The notes under the pieces are model-generated. The model worked only from the letters and a program-made list of their open reading frames with translations, was not told where the DNA came from and made no database searches. Positions 56,398 to 64,000 of a stretch of 64,000 nt of DNA are shown piece after piece. The DNA lies in the NCBI GenBank assembly GCA_964372165.1, contig CAYJPT010000001.1, forward strand, positions 1,106 through 65,105. Direction: 5' to 3'. Both the position numbers and the translations under genes were made by a program. Source of the stretch: an uncultured Desulfovibrionaceae bacterium (GTDB lineage Bacteria; Desulfobacterota; Desulfovibrionia; Desulfovibrionales; Desulfovibrionaceae). Every line of letters starts with the position of its first letter. The stretch's first letter is position 1.

Positions 56398-56967
56398 CTA
56401 AGGATTATATATAATTGCCAAAATTTCTGCAGGGCCATCACCATGAGCTCCCACGTAATGCGGCACTATGGAATTGTAATATATTGTATCACCCTGTTTT
56501 AATATATGACTTTCACGCCCGTAAACCACCAACAACTCCCCCTTAAGCACTAGCATAAATTCTTCACCTTGATGGGATGATGTTGTACGCTCATCACCTT
56601 TATCCGGCATGATTTCAATATAAAAAGGCTCCATATTTCTATCACTCTTACCCTTACCCAAGGCGTGATAAAGGTAGCTTGCATTACTATTCCTACTCTT
56701 ATGCATGGCAAGATCTGCACTACAGTCACCAATGCGTGAAATAATAGGATCACGGGTAATTTCATCATCCATAAATGTACCCAAACGCACTCCAAGAGCG
56801 CGTGCTATTTTTTGCAAAGGTCCAATGCTTGGGTAAACATTATCATCTTCCAAGGCTGTCATAAAAGATTCTTTCAAGCCGGTATGTTCACACAACGTTT
56901 CAAGACTGATACCACGCTCTTCTCGATAAGCCTTAATTCTTTTGCCTAATTTTTGTTCAACGCTCAT
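56398..56967 (-). CDS. XRE-family HTH regulator with a C-terminal cupin domain
   Basis: N-terminal HTH LGKRIKAYREERGISLETLCEHTGL. C-terminal cupin HQGEEFMLVLKGEL...GDTIYYNSIVPH. Confidence 0.85.
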   Translation of the reverse strand: MSVEQKLGKRIKAYREERGISLETLCEHTGLKESFMTALEDDNVYPSIGPLQKIARALGVRLGTFMDDEITRDPIISRIGDCSADLAMHKSRNSNASYLYHALGKGKSDRNMEPFYIEIMPDKGDERTTSSHQGEEFMLVLKGELLVVYGRESHILKQGDTIYYNSIVPHYVGAHGDGPAEILAIIYNP

Positions 56968-57216
56968 ATAAACCTCCCTATATGGCTACTGGCACTTTAC
57001 TTCACAAAACACTACGTTATCACAACAATATCAGCTTTACATATAACTCTCAAAAGCACAATTTTATTAAAATTGCTTTTACAGTCTATGCTGCTTAATT
57101 ACGCTAAAATGCAGCAAAGTAGTCACCACCACTTAACAAAATGCTAAGTATTAAGCAAGAAATCTATCCACGAAAAACAGGATGCAAACAATATTGTTAT
57201 TTGTTAGCTTTAAGGC

Positions 57217-59613
57217 ATGGAAAATACACAAAACTTAAAATCTATAAAAACTACTGAGCGCAAGCAAATCTTAGTGAATGGGCAAGTGCAAGGTGTTGGC
57301 TTTAGACCTTTTGTATACCGTTTAGCTTGTATTCATAAAATATATGGTAAGGTTGGTAACACTTCACAAGGTGTATGCATAGAGGCTCAAGGCTCAAAGG
57401 AAAATTTGCATAATTTCATAGAAGATTTGCAACAGACACTTCCACCATTAGCTAAAATAAATACTTTGGACGTTAAATGCATCCCCATTCAAAATGACTA
57501 TGATTTTCAAATTATCACTAGCCAAGCAGAAGGAGGAAATGAAGTCCTCATAGCTGCCGACGCAGCTATTTGTGCTGAGTGCATGCAAGATATATTAGAC
57601 CCAAGCGATCGCCGCCACTACTACCCTTTTACAAATTGTACCAATTGCGGACCACGCTATACCATTACGCATTCCATACCCTATGACCGCCACACTACAT
57701 CTATGCATTGCTTTAATCTTTGCCCGCAATGCCAAAGCGAATACACTAACCCTCTTGACCGTAGATTTCATGCTCAACCTAATGCTTGTCCAATATGTGG
57801 ACCGCAAATATGGTTTGTCAAATCAGGCACTTCCCTAGAACAAAGTGATTTTTCGCAAACACCACAACATCAACGTAATGACGCAAGCATTCAATGCGTA
57901 GCATCAAGATTAAAGGCTGGAGATATTGCTGCTATCAAAGGGCTTGGTGGTTTTCACCTTTGTTGTGATGCCACCAACCAAGATAGCATTGCGCTACTAC
58001 GAGAACATAAAAACCGCCCTCACAAGCCTTTAGCCGTGATGGTTTTAGATATTGCAATGGCTAAACGCATTGCTCACATTGGTCCAAGAGAAGAAGCCTT
58101 ACTTAATGGCAATGAAAAACCCATTGTGCTTTGCAAAAGGAAGCAAAACATCTTGCCGCAAAGCCTTGCACCAGACACAGAACAAATAGGTTTAGTTTTA
58201 CCATATACGCCACTACACGTGGTACTTATGCAACATTATACCAAACTTTGTTCTAAAAATGCTATTGTAGCCTTGGTTATGACCTCTGGAAATGCCGGAG
58301 GTGAACCCATATGTCTTGGAAATCGTGAGGCTTTAAACCGCCTCTCACACATTGCGCAAGTTTTTTTATTACATAATCGTGACATATTAATACGCAATGA
58401 TGATTCAGTTTGCAGCACAACACCTATTATAAATGGATTATCACCTTCTGTTGATAAAATATTTTTTCGGCGTGCACGTGGTTATGTACCACGCCCTATT
58501 AAACTCTCTACGCAAGACGCAGGCGCAATTATGGGCATGGGTGCTGAATTAAAATCTACTATTTGTTTGAGCAGAGGCAACTTAGCCTTTGTAAGTCAGC
58601 ATATTGGTGATTTACACAACCTTGAGACTATGTATTTTTATAATGAAATCATACAACACATGGAAATGCTTTTACAAGTACAGCCCAAAGCCATTATACA
58701 CGACCTGCACCCTGACTTTATGTCTACACAAATTGCAAAAAACATTGCGCAAGAGCGCAACATTCCCTGCATCCCCATGCAACATCACTTTGCACATGCA
58801 TGGAGTGTTTTGGCAGAGCATAATTTTACAGGAAAAATATTAGCTTTAAGCCTTGATGGTACTGGACTTGGTACTGATGGCACTATTTGGGGAGGAGAGC
58901 TTCTTTACATTAATACAATTAACCTTGAACATAAACGCCTTGGAAGACTAGCACCCTTTACTTTACCGGGTGCTGATAGTGCGACCAAAGAACCTTGGCG
59001 CATTGCGCTAGGTTTAGCTCAAAACTCAAAATGGCAAAAGCACATTGAAATTCAGCACGAACAATACGCTTTAGGCGTAAGTGAGATATTAAAACGTAAC
59101 CTTAACTGCCCTCTAACTTCAAGTGTAGGTAGACTGTTTGATGCTGTGTCCGCAGGGCTTGGACTTTGCAACATTACAAGCTATGAAGGGCAAGCCGCCA
59201 TTAGACTAGAACAAGCCCAACGCAATGTACCTTGGGTTGGGCTTGGCAGTATTGACAATGGTTATGACTGTATTGCACAAAAAAAAGGAGACCTTTGGGA
59301 ACTGCCAAGCCAAACATTGTTTATGCATTGCCTTGAGGAAAAAAATATTGAGATGGCCGCACGGCGTTTTCACGTAGGCTTAGCTCAAGGTTTTGCACAA
59401 ATGGCTAAAATGGCAGCCTTGCAACTTGATATCAAACACATTGCCCTGTCAGGAGGAGCTATGCAAAATCTAACATTACACAGCATACTACCTGCCATAC
59501 TAAGAAATCATGGTTTTACAGTACTTATGCACCAAGATATTCCTTGCAATGATGGTGGCATTGCTCTTGGGCAAGTAGCTTGGGGTAGGCAATGCCTTGC
59601 GCAAAACAGTTAG
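57217..59613 (+). CDS. hypF: [NiFe]-hydrogenase maturation carbamoyltransferase HypF
   Basis: Acylphosphatase domain (VNGQVQGVGFRPFVYRLA), two CxxC-N18-CxxC zinc fingers, and YrdC-like and Kae1-like domains. 798 aa. Confidence 0.95.
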   Translation: MENTQNLKSIKTTERKQILVNGQVQGVGFRPFVYRLACIHKIYGKVGNTSQGVCIEAQGSKENLHNFIEDLQQTLPPLAKINTLDVKCIPIQNDYDFQIITSQAEGGNEVLIAADAAICAECMQDILDPSDRRHYYPFTNCTNCGPRYTITHSIPYDRHTTSMHCFNLCPQCQSEYTNPLDRRFHAQPNACPICGPQIWFVKSGTSLEQSDFSQTPQHQRNDASIQCVASRLKAGDIAAIKGLGGFHLCCDATNQDSIALLREHKNRPHKPLAVMVLDIAMAKRIAHIGPREEALLNGNEKPIVLCKRKQNILPQSLAPDTEQIGLVLPYTPLHVVLMQHYTKLCSKNAIVALVMTSGNAGGEPICLGNREALNRLSHIAQVFLLHNRDILIRNDDSVCSTTPIINGLSPSVDKIFFRRARGYVPRPIKLSTQDAGAIMGMGAELKSTICLSRGNLAFVSQHIGDLHNLETMYFYNEIIQHMEMLLQVQPKAIIHDLHPDFMSTQIAKNIAQERNIPCIPMQHHFAHAWSVLAEHNFTGKILALSLDGTGLGTDGTIWGGELLYINTINLEHKRLGRLAPFTLPGADSATKEPWRIALGLAQNSKWQKHIEIQHEQYALGVSEILKRNLNCPLTSSVGRLFDAVSAGLGLCNITSYEGQAAIRLEQAQRNVPWVGLGSIDNGYDCIAQKKGDLWELPSQTLFMHCLEEKNIEMAARRFHVGLAQGFAQMAKMAALQLDIKHIALSGGAMQNLTLHSILPAILRNHGFTVLMHQDIPCNDGGIALGQVAWGRQCLAQNS

Positions 59614-59680
59614 ATATTTTCGGCAAGGCAATACTTTGCCACATAAACATAAGGCTATAACAATATAATATTAAATATTT

Positions 59681-60076
59681 TCAATCAATTTTTTTCTGAT
59701 GAAATGTAAATTTAGCATTGCGGTTTTGCACTCTTTTATCGCAAGCGCAAGACTTACATGCACCTGCGCATTGGCAAGGGCTATTTTTCATAGCTAAAAT
59801 TCTATTACCGTGATGGCCTAAGCGAACCCCTTGCTCACCTTTGAAAATAATTTGTCGCGGTGTAACATGAGCAATGCACCTCTTGAAATCTTGACAATAA
59901 TCATCTTGCACAGGTTGCAGCTTGCGAACATCTAAAAAAATTCGTGAATCATCTATGTTAGCTTCAAATATTGCTGCTGTAAATTTTGTTACATCTTGTT
60001 TTGTAAAATTTCCAAACAGAGCAAAATGCACCCCAGTAATACTTTTTCTTACTGTATAATAAAAATTTTCTTGCAT
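59681..60076 (-). CDS. Hypothetical protein with a C-terminal Cys-rich motif
   Basis: 131 aa with the C-terminal CQCAGACKSCAC (five Cys in 12 residues). The ATG is preceded by an AGGAG-containing sequence. Confidence 0.5.
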   Translation of the reverse strand: MQENFYYTVRKSITGVHFALFGNFTKQDVTKFTAAIFEANIDDSRIFLDVRKLQPVQDDYCQDFKRCIAHVTPRQIIFKGEQGVRLGHHGNRILAMKNSPCQCAGACKSCACDKRVQNRNAKFTFHQKKID

Positions 60077-60216
60077 TACCTAACTCCTATAAGGTGAAGC
60101 TTGTTGTAAGTTTTTAAATGCAACATCAAAGCTTTAATAGCTTCTAAAACCGCACACAGTTACATAGCATGTGCAAAAATTGTTTACACAACCATGTGCG
60201 GCTTTGGACTTAACAG

Positions 60217-60660
60217 CTATGCGGAGGCTAGAACATTTTTAACAAAATCATCTATTGAGGATTTTTCTGATTGTGGCTCACCATCAATCTTTAGAGTATC
60301 AATCACCTCTGCGCCCATAGCATTTAATTTTTGCTCAATAGCATCTACTGCACCACAAAAATATGTATAGCTACTATCACCGCAACCAAACACTGCTGTT
60401 TTTTTGCCTTGCGCACCAATGCTATCAAATTCATCAAAAAGTGGAATAAAGTCGTCTTGCAGCTCAATTTCCTCATCACCCCAAGTAGAGCAACCAAACA
60501 AAATTAAACTATATTTATCACAAAGCCCGCTAGCACTAACTGCGTCAGCGCTTTGATTTGTAACATTATAACCTTCTTGCTCAAGCAATTTTTCAATATG
60601 CGACGCAACAAATTCAGTATTGCCAGTGGTTGAGCCATACACAATTAAAGCTTCTTTCAT
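60217..60660 (-). CDS. Short-chain flavodoxin
   Basis: MKEALIVYGSTTGNTE FMN phosphate-binding loop and the STWGDEE motif. 147 aa. Confidence 0.9.
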   Translation of the reverse strand: MKEALIVYGSTTGNTEFVASHIEKLLEQEGYNVTNQSADAVSASGLCDKYSLILFGCSTWGDEEIELQDDFIPLFDEFDSIGAQGKKTAVFGCGDSSYTYFCGAVDAIEQKLNAMGAEVIDTLKIDGEPQSEKSSIDDFVKNVLASA

Positions 60661-60695
60661 AATTTTCTCCTTAAGATATATAAATTTATCGACAT

Positions 60696-60714
60696 GAGAA
60701 TGATATTCAAAATC
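60696..60714. promoter_or_regulatory. Fur-box-like site upstream of flavodoxin
   Basis: GAGAATGATATTCAAAATC matches 15 of 19 positions of the classical GATAATGATAATCATTATC box. It lies 36-54 nt upstream of the flavodoxin start codon. Confidence 0.35.
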
Positions 60715-61018
60715 ATAAAAATTGCAACATTTTTCTTAAAATATTTTTGATTATAATTTCACTATATTTACTGTCACTTACTTTACAACAATCTTATTTC
60801 CCAGCAAGCAATACAAAAAAAATTTCTCCAAAGCTCTTTTCAAAATCGTAAAAAATTGCCACAAGGGACGCAAATTCCCCATTATTTAAAAATAATTGTG
60901 CAGATCTCTCAAATATCAAATTTAAGTGCTTAAAGGATTGATTAAGCTTTACATTAAACTATTAATATATCATGATGCAGGTTACACTTATATAGCTTAA
61001 TCTTAATAGGAATTTTAT

Positions 61019-61492
61019 ATGGCAAGTAGTCTTGGCGGAAAATCAGCCCTAACCAGTGATACAACAATACTTATGTATTATGCACTCTCAATGTTAAGCC
61101 TTGTGGTTGGAGTGACATTTTTTTTAGCTCTTATCGGTTCATTTGTATCCCGTTACATTGCAAACAAAGAAGGAGCACCCTTTGTTGAGCAACACTGTGC
61201 CTGGATTTTTCGTAGTCTTTGCATTACACTTTTCTTAATATGCATTATCATAGTTATAACAATTTTTTTATTAGGAGCTGCAGGTGTGGTTATGCCTGAC
61301 ACATCCCAAATAAATAATTTTGCACAACTTTGGTCTGACCCCAGCATACGCATTGCTTTACAATATATTTTTAGTATGCTTACTTGCATACTGCTGGTAC
61401 TTTTGTGGTTTATTTACCGTATACTACGTGGAGGATATGCACTGATAAAAAGACAGCCCTTGCGCGCATTAAAAGTGCATACACGACTATAA
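61019..61492 (+). CDS. Integral membrane protein, unknown function
   Basis: 157 aa with four hydrophobic segments. Confidence 0.5.
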   Translation: MASSLGGKSALTSDTTILMYYALSMLSLVVGVTFFLALIGSFVSRYIANKEGAPFVEQHCAWIFRSLCITLFLICIIIVITIFLLGAAGVVMPDTSQINNFAQLWSDPSIRIALQYIFSMLTCILLVLLWFIYRILRGGYALIKRQPLRALKVHTRL

Positions 61493-61494
61493 AA

Positions 61495-62241
61495 ATGACT
61501 GTATTACCAATTGCTGCACCTTCTTGCATTCTTCCAGACCATGTGGCGGCCAATGCATATTTTTTAGCCTCTAAAGTACAAGAGGTAGGCTTATGTTTTT
61601 TTGAAACCAAAGCTTGCCTTGATTACTCTGAAAAAGATTTGCCACAAGATCTTGCAACCCTTCCTTTAACTTGGCATATTCATTTGCCGGTTGATTTGCC
61701 TTGGGGAACAAGTAGCGACATTCAAGCCGCTCAAGCCGCATTCAACATTGCTCAAAAGGTCAACCACCTAAATCCACGTTGTGTAGTTTTACACCCACCA
61801 ACCAAGGTAAGCCTTAAAGAACAGGAAGCACTTTTATCAAATTTTGCAGACTATTGGTATAAGCATAGTACCACACCTATATTATTAGAAAATATTGAAG
61901 GCGCACCACTTGCAAACCTCAGTTCAAATCTTTTTAGCTCAAGCCACATACCTTTTGGTATTTGCCTTGATGTAGGGCATATGCTAGGATATGGACATGT
62001 AGATATACTAATGAATAGTCATTTGCTAGATAAAGTTGGCTTGGTACATTGGAGCGCACCAGGAAAAAAAGATGAGCACCTTGCCCTTAAGCACTTTACC
62101 CCATCAGAATATTTACTGGCTAAACAAGTTGTTAAAAGGATACCATGCTCAGCTCATCATATGTTAGAAATTTTTAATTGGGAAAACATTGTGCAATCCT
62201 ACCCTATATTAAGGCAACTTTTGGATAATACAGATGAGTAA
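61495..62241 (+). CDS. Xylose-isomerase-like TIM-barrel / AP-endonuclease-2 superfamily protein (possibly CbiR-like phosphodiesterase)
   Basis: Track ORF trimmed to the ATG at 61495, 3 nt after the upstream stop. His/Asp/Glu-containing strand ends (HIHLP, VLHPP, LLENIEG, DVGH) fit this fold. The specific function is not established. Confidence 0.55.
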   Translation: MTVLPIAAPSCILPDHVAANAYFLASKVQEVGLCFFETKACLDYSEKDLPQDLATLPLTWHIHLPVDLPWGTSSDIQAAQAAFNIAQKVNHLNPRCVVLHPPTKVSLKEQEALLSNFADYWYKHSTTPILLENIEGAPLANLSSNLFSSSHIPFGICLDVGHMLGYGHVDILMNSHLLDKVGLVHWSAPGKKDEHLALKHFTPSEYLLAKQVVKRIPCSAHHMLEIFNWENIVQSYPILRQLLDNTDE

Positions 62242-63235
62242 AGCGGATAACAAAATCGCTACACGCATAATGCAATGGCGTAATACATTATGTAAAAATG
62301 ATACATGGTGTATATTAATAGCGGCAGACCCAGATGCACTTGGTGCAGCCATGGCCTTAAAGCGTATTTTAAGTTACCGAGTTAAAGAGGTTACTATTGC
62401 AAGCATTAACACCGTAACACGCCCCGATAATCTTGCCATGTTGCGCTATTTACGCATCCCCTTAGTGGACTGGCAAGAAAATATGGTCAATGACTTTAGT
62501 CACTTTGCCATTGTAGATTCTCAACCACATCATAATCCGGCCTTTGAAAAAGTAAAATTTTCTGTCATTATTGATCATCACCCCTTAGCTGAAAAAACCA
62601 CATATGAAGCTGATTTTATAGATATTTGCCCAGAATATGGTGCAACATGCACCATGATGACGCGTTATATAAAAGCCTTAAATATTCGTCCTGGTAAATT
62701 ACTTGCCACAGCCATGCTTTATGGCATTCGTGCCGACACAGCAGCCTTTGACCGCAGCGGTATTACCGTTGATTTCCAAGCTTATCAATATCTATCACGC
62801 TTTGCAGATATAAATTTAATGCGACGTATTTTTCGTAGTGAATATCTTTTAAGCTGGCTTCCTCTTTTTAGTCGTGCATTTCGCAGCCTTAAAACTTGCA
62901 AAACAGGGGCTCATGCCCATGTGGGCGATGTTAAATCACCGGATTTATTGGTAGCCATTGCTGATTTTTTTACACGCGTACATGGTTTACGCTGGGTTGC
63001 TGTTAGTGGTGTATTTAATGACACTGCTGTTATAATTTTTAGAAGCGATGGTAGTAAAAATATGGGTAACTTTGCTTCTCAGCTTTTTGGCGACATTGGT
63101 TCAGCAGGTGGTCACAAAAATATGGCCCGTGCCGAAATACCAATCATTGCCATTGATGCCGTAAACGTTCAAGATTTTATATATGGTAAACTCATGCCAT
63201 ACTGCAAAACTAAGAAACGGAAAAACAACAACTAG
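62234..63235 (+). CDS. DHH/DHHA1-family phosphoesterase (NrnA-like)
   Basis: Motifs DPDALGAAMAL, VDSQP, IIDHHP and GGHKNMA. 333 aa. Confidence 0.8.
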   Translation: MSKADNKIATRIMQWRNTLCKNDTWCILIAADPDALGAAMALKRILSYRVKEVTIASINTVTRPDNLAMLRYLRIPLVDWQENMVNDFSHFAIVDSQPHHNPAFEKVKFSVIIDHHPLAEKTTYEADFIDICPEYGATCTMMTRYIKALNIRPGKLLATAMLYGIRADTAAFDRSGITVDFQAYQYLSRFADINLMRRIFRSEYLLSWLPLFSRAFRSLKTCKTGAHAHVGDVKSPDLLVAIADFFTRVHGLRWVAVSGVFNDTAVIIFRSDGSKNMGNFASQLFGDIGSAGGHKNMARAEIPIIAIDAVNVQDFIYGKLMPYCKTKKRKNNN

Positions 63236-63257
63236 CCACAATAAAAAGGAGATTTTC

Positions 63258-64000
63258 ATGGCTCAACAAAAAACCCCAAAGAGCGCCTCAGAACTAACTA
63301 TCTGGAAAGATGCCACCGCAATGATTGAAAAGGCACGTGCAGAAAATATCCAAACTGTATGGGACCGCTTTGAACAGCAACAACCTGCATGTAAATTCTG
63401 TGAGCTTGGCACTACTTGTAAAAACTGTAGCATGGGTCCATGCCGCGTTGTGCATAGTGAGGATGGCACAGGTAAAAGAGCCTTAGGTGTTTGTGGGGCA
63501 AATGCTGATATTATTGTTGCACGTAACTTTGCACGTTTTGTGGCTGGAGGTTCAGCAAGTCACTCTGACCACGGTCGTGACCTTATTGAAGTTTTAGAAG
63601 CCGTAGCCCTTAATCAAGCACCAGACTATTGCATTAAAGATGAAGAAAAACTACGCCGCATTGCCGCTGAACTTGGCATTGAGGTTGAAAATAAAGACAC
63701 TCTCGTCGTAGCAAAAGAACTTGCTGAGTTATTTTTTAGTGACTTTAGTAGTCGCCGCAAGGAAGTTTCTTTCATCGGTCGCGTACCCGAAAAGCGTCGT
63801 GAACTGTGGAATAAACTTAATATAACACCACGTGGCGTTGACCGCGAAGTGGTAGAGATGATGCATCGCACACATATGGGTGTTGATAATGATGCAGTAA
63901 ATATTCTTCTGCACTCTGCACGATGTGCCTTGGCTGATGGCTGGGCAGGCTCCATGATAGGTACAGAACTATCAGATATTCTTTTTGGTACTCCAAGCCC
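63258..64000 (+). CDS. cooS: Anaerobic carbon-monoxide dehydrogenase catalytic subunit (5' part; runs off the window)
   Basis: Own translation from the ATG at 63258 behind AAAGGAG: ...CKFCELGTTCKNCSMGPCRV...GVCGANADIIVARNF...HSDHGR. These are the CooS N-terminal cluster-binding motifs. Not in the ORF track because there is no stop inside the window. Confidence 0.9.
   Translation, partial: MAQQKTPKSASELTIWKDATAMIEKARAENIQTVWDRFEQQQPACKFCELGTTCKNCSMGPCRVVHSEDGTGKRALGVCGANADIIVARNFARFVAGGSASHSDHGRDLIEVLEAVALNQAPDYCIKDEEKLRRIAAELGIEVENKDTLVVAKELAELFFSDFSSRRKEVSFIGRVPEKRRELWNKLNITPRGVDREVVEMMHRTHMGVDNDAVNILLHSARCALADGWAGSMIGTELSDILFGTPS

Noticed and set aside
1-64000. Search for CRISPR arrays, tRNA/rRNA genes, transposases, integrases, prophage genes, toxin-antitoxin pairs or recognisable defence systems
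   Set aside because: No regularly spaced direct repeats with unique spacers were seen. No tRNA-like T-arm/acceptor motifs appear in the intergenic regions. No ORF has transposase, integrase, restriction or other defence hallmarks. The UvrD-type helicase has housekeeping context and motifs.

Overview
All calls come from reading the translations and the DNA by eye; no database search was run. The window looks like a chromosomal segment of an AT-rich, flagellated, selenocysteine-using anaerobe. The gene content resembles Desulfovibrionales: a cobA-hemD fusion, hypF, cooS, flavodoxin, a rod-binding-only FlgJ and an FmdB zinc ribbon. Most of it is housekeeping: lepA, pepA, hemW, ruvC, pyrE, purB, thiL, a UvrD-type helicase, mltA, a TAXI-TRAP transporter and two flagellar blocks (flgE; flgI-flgJ-flgN-flgK-flgL-csrA-fliW). 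I found no rRNA, tRNA, CRISPR array, transposase, integrase or phage genes. Two things stand out. (1) The first 13.5 kb is a divergent locus I cannot match to any characterised pathway. It holds a 1278-aa AT-ACP-KR multidomain protein with no ketosynthase, a PLP-dependent alpha-oxoamine synthase and an AsnB-type amidotransferase. Next to these sit a MOP-family flippase, a HlyD-type adaptor, a TolC-type channel, a lipoprotein and a small outer-membrane beta-barrel. This is my best candidate for an undescribed amino-lipid or polyketide-like biosynthesis-and-export system. (2) The intergenic regions carry at least three interlocking families of structured, MITE-like repeats. Some are flanked by 7-14 bp direct repeats, some are nested inside palindromes, and copies differ by compensatory base changes in their hairpins. 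No transposase is present in the window. Other notable points: a peroxiredoxin-like selenoprotein (in-frame UGA in a UxxC motif) that the ORF track splits in two, and an unannotated 37-aa very basic protein. There are also sigma-54-type promoters ahead of two flagellar operons, Asp-box (SxDxGxTW) insertions in FlgK and FlgL, and a Fur-box-like site upstream of flavodoxin.
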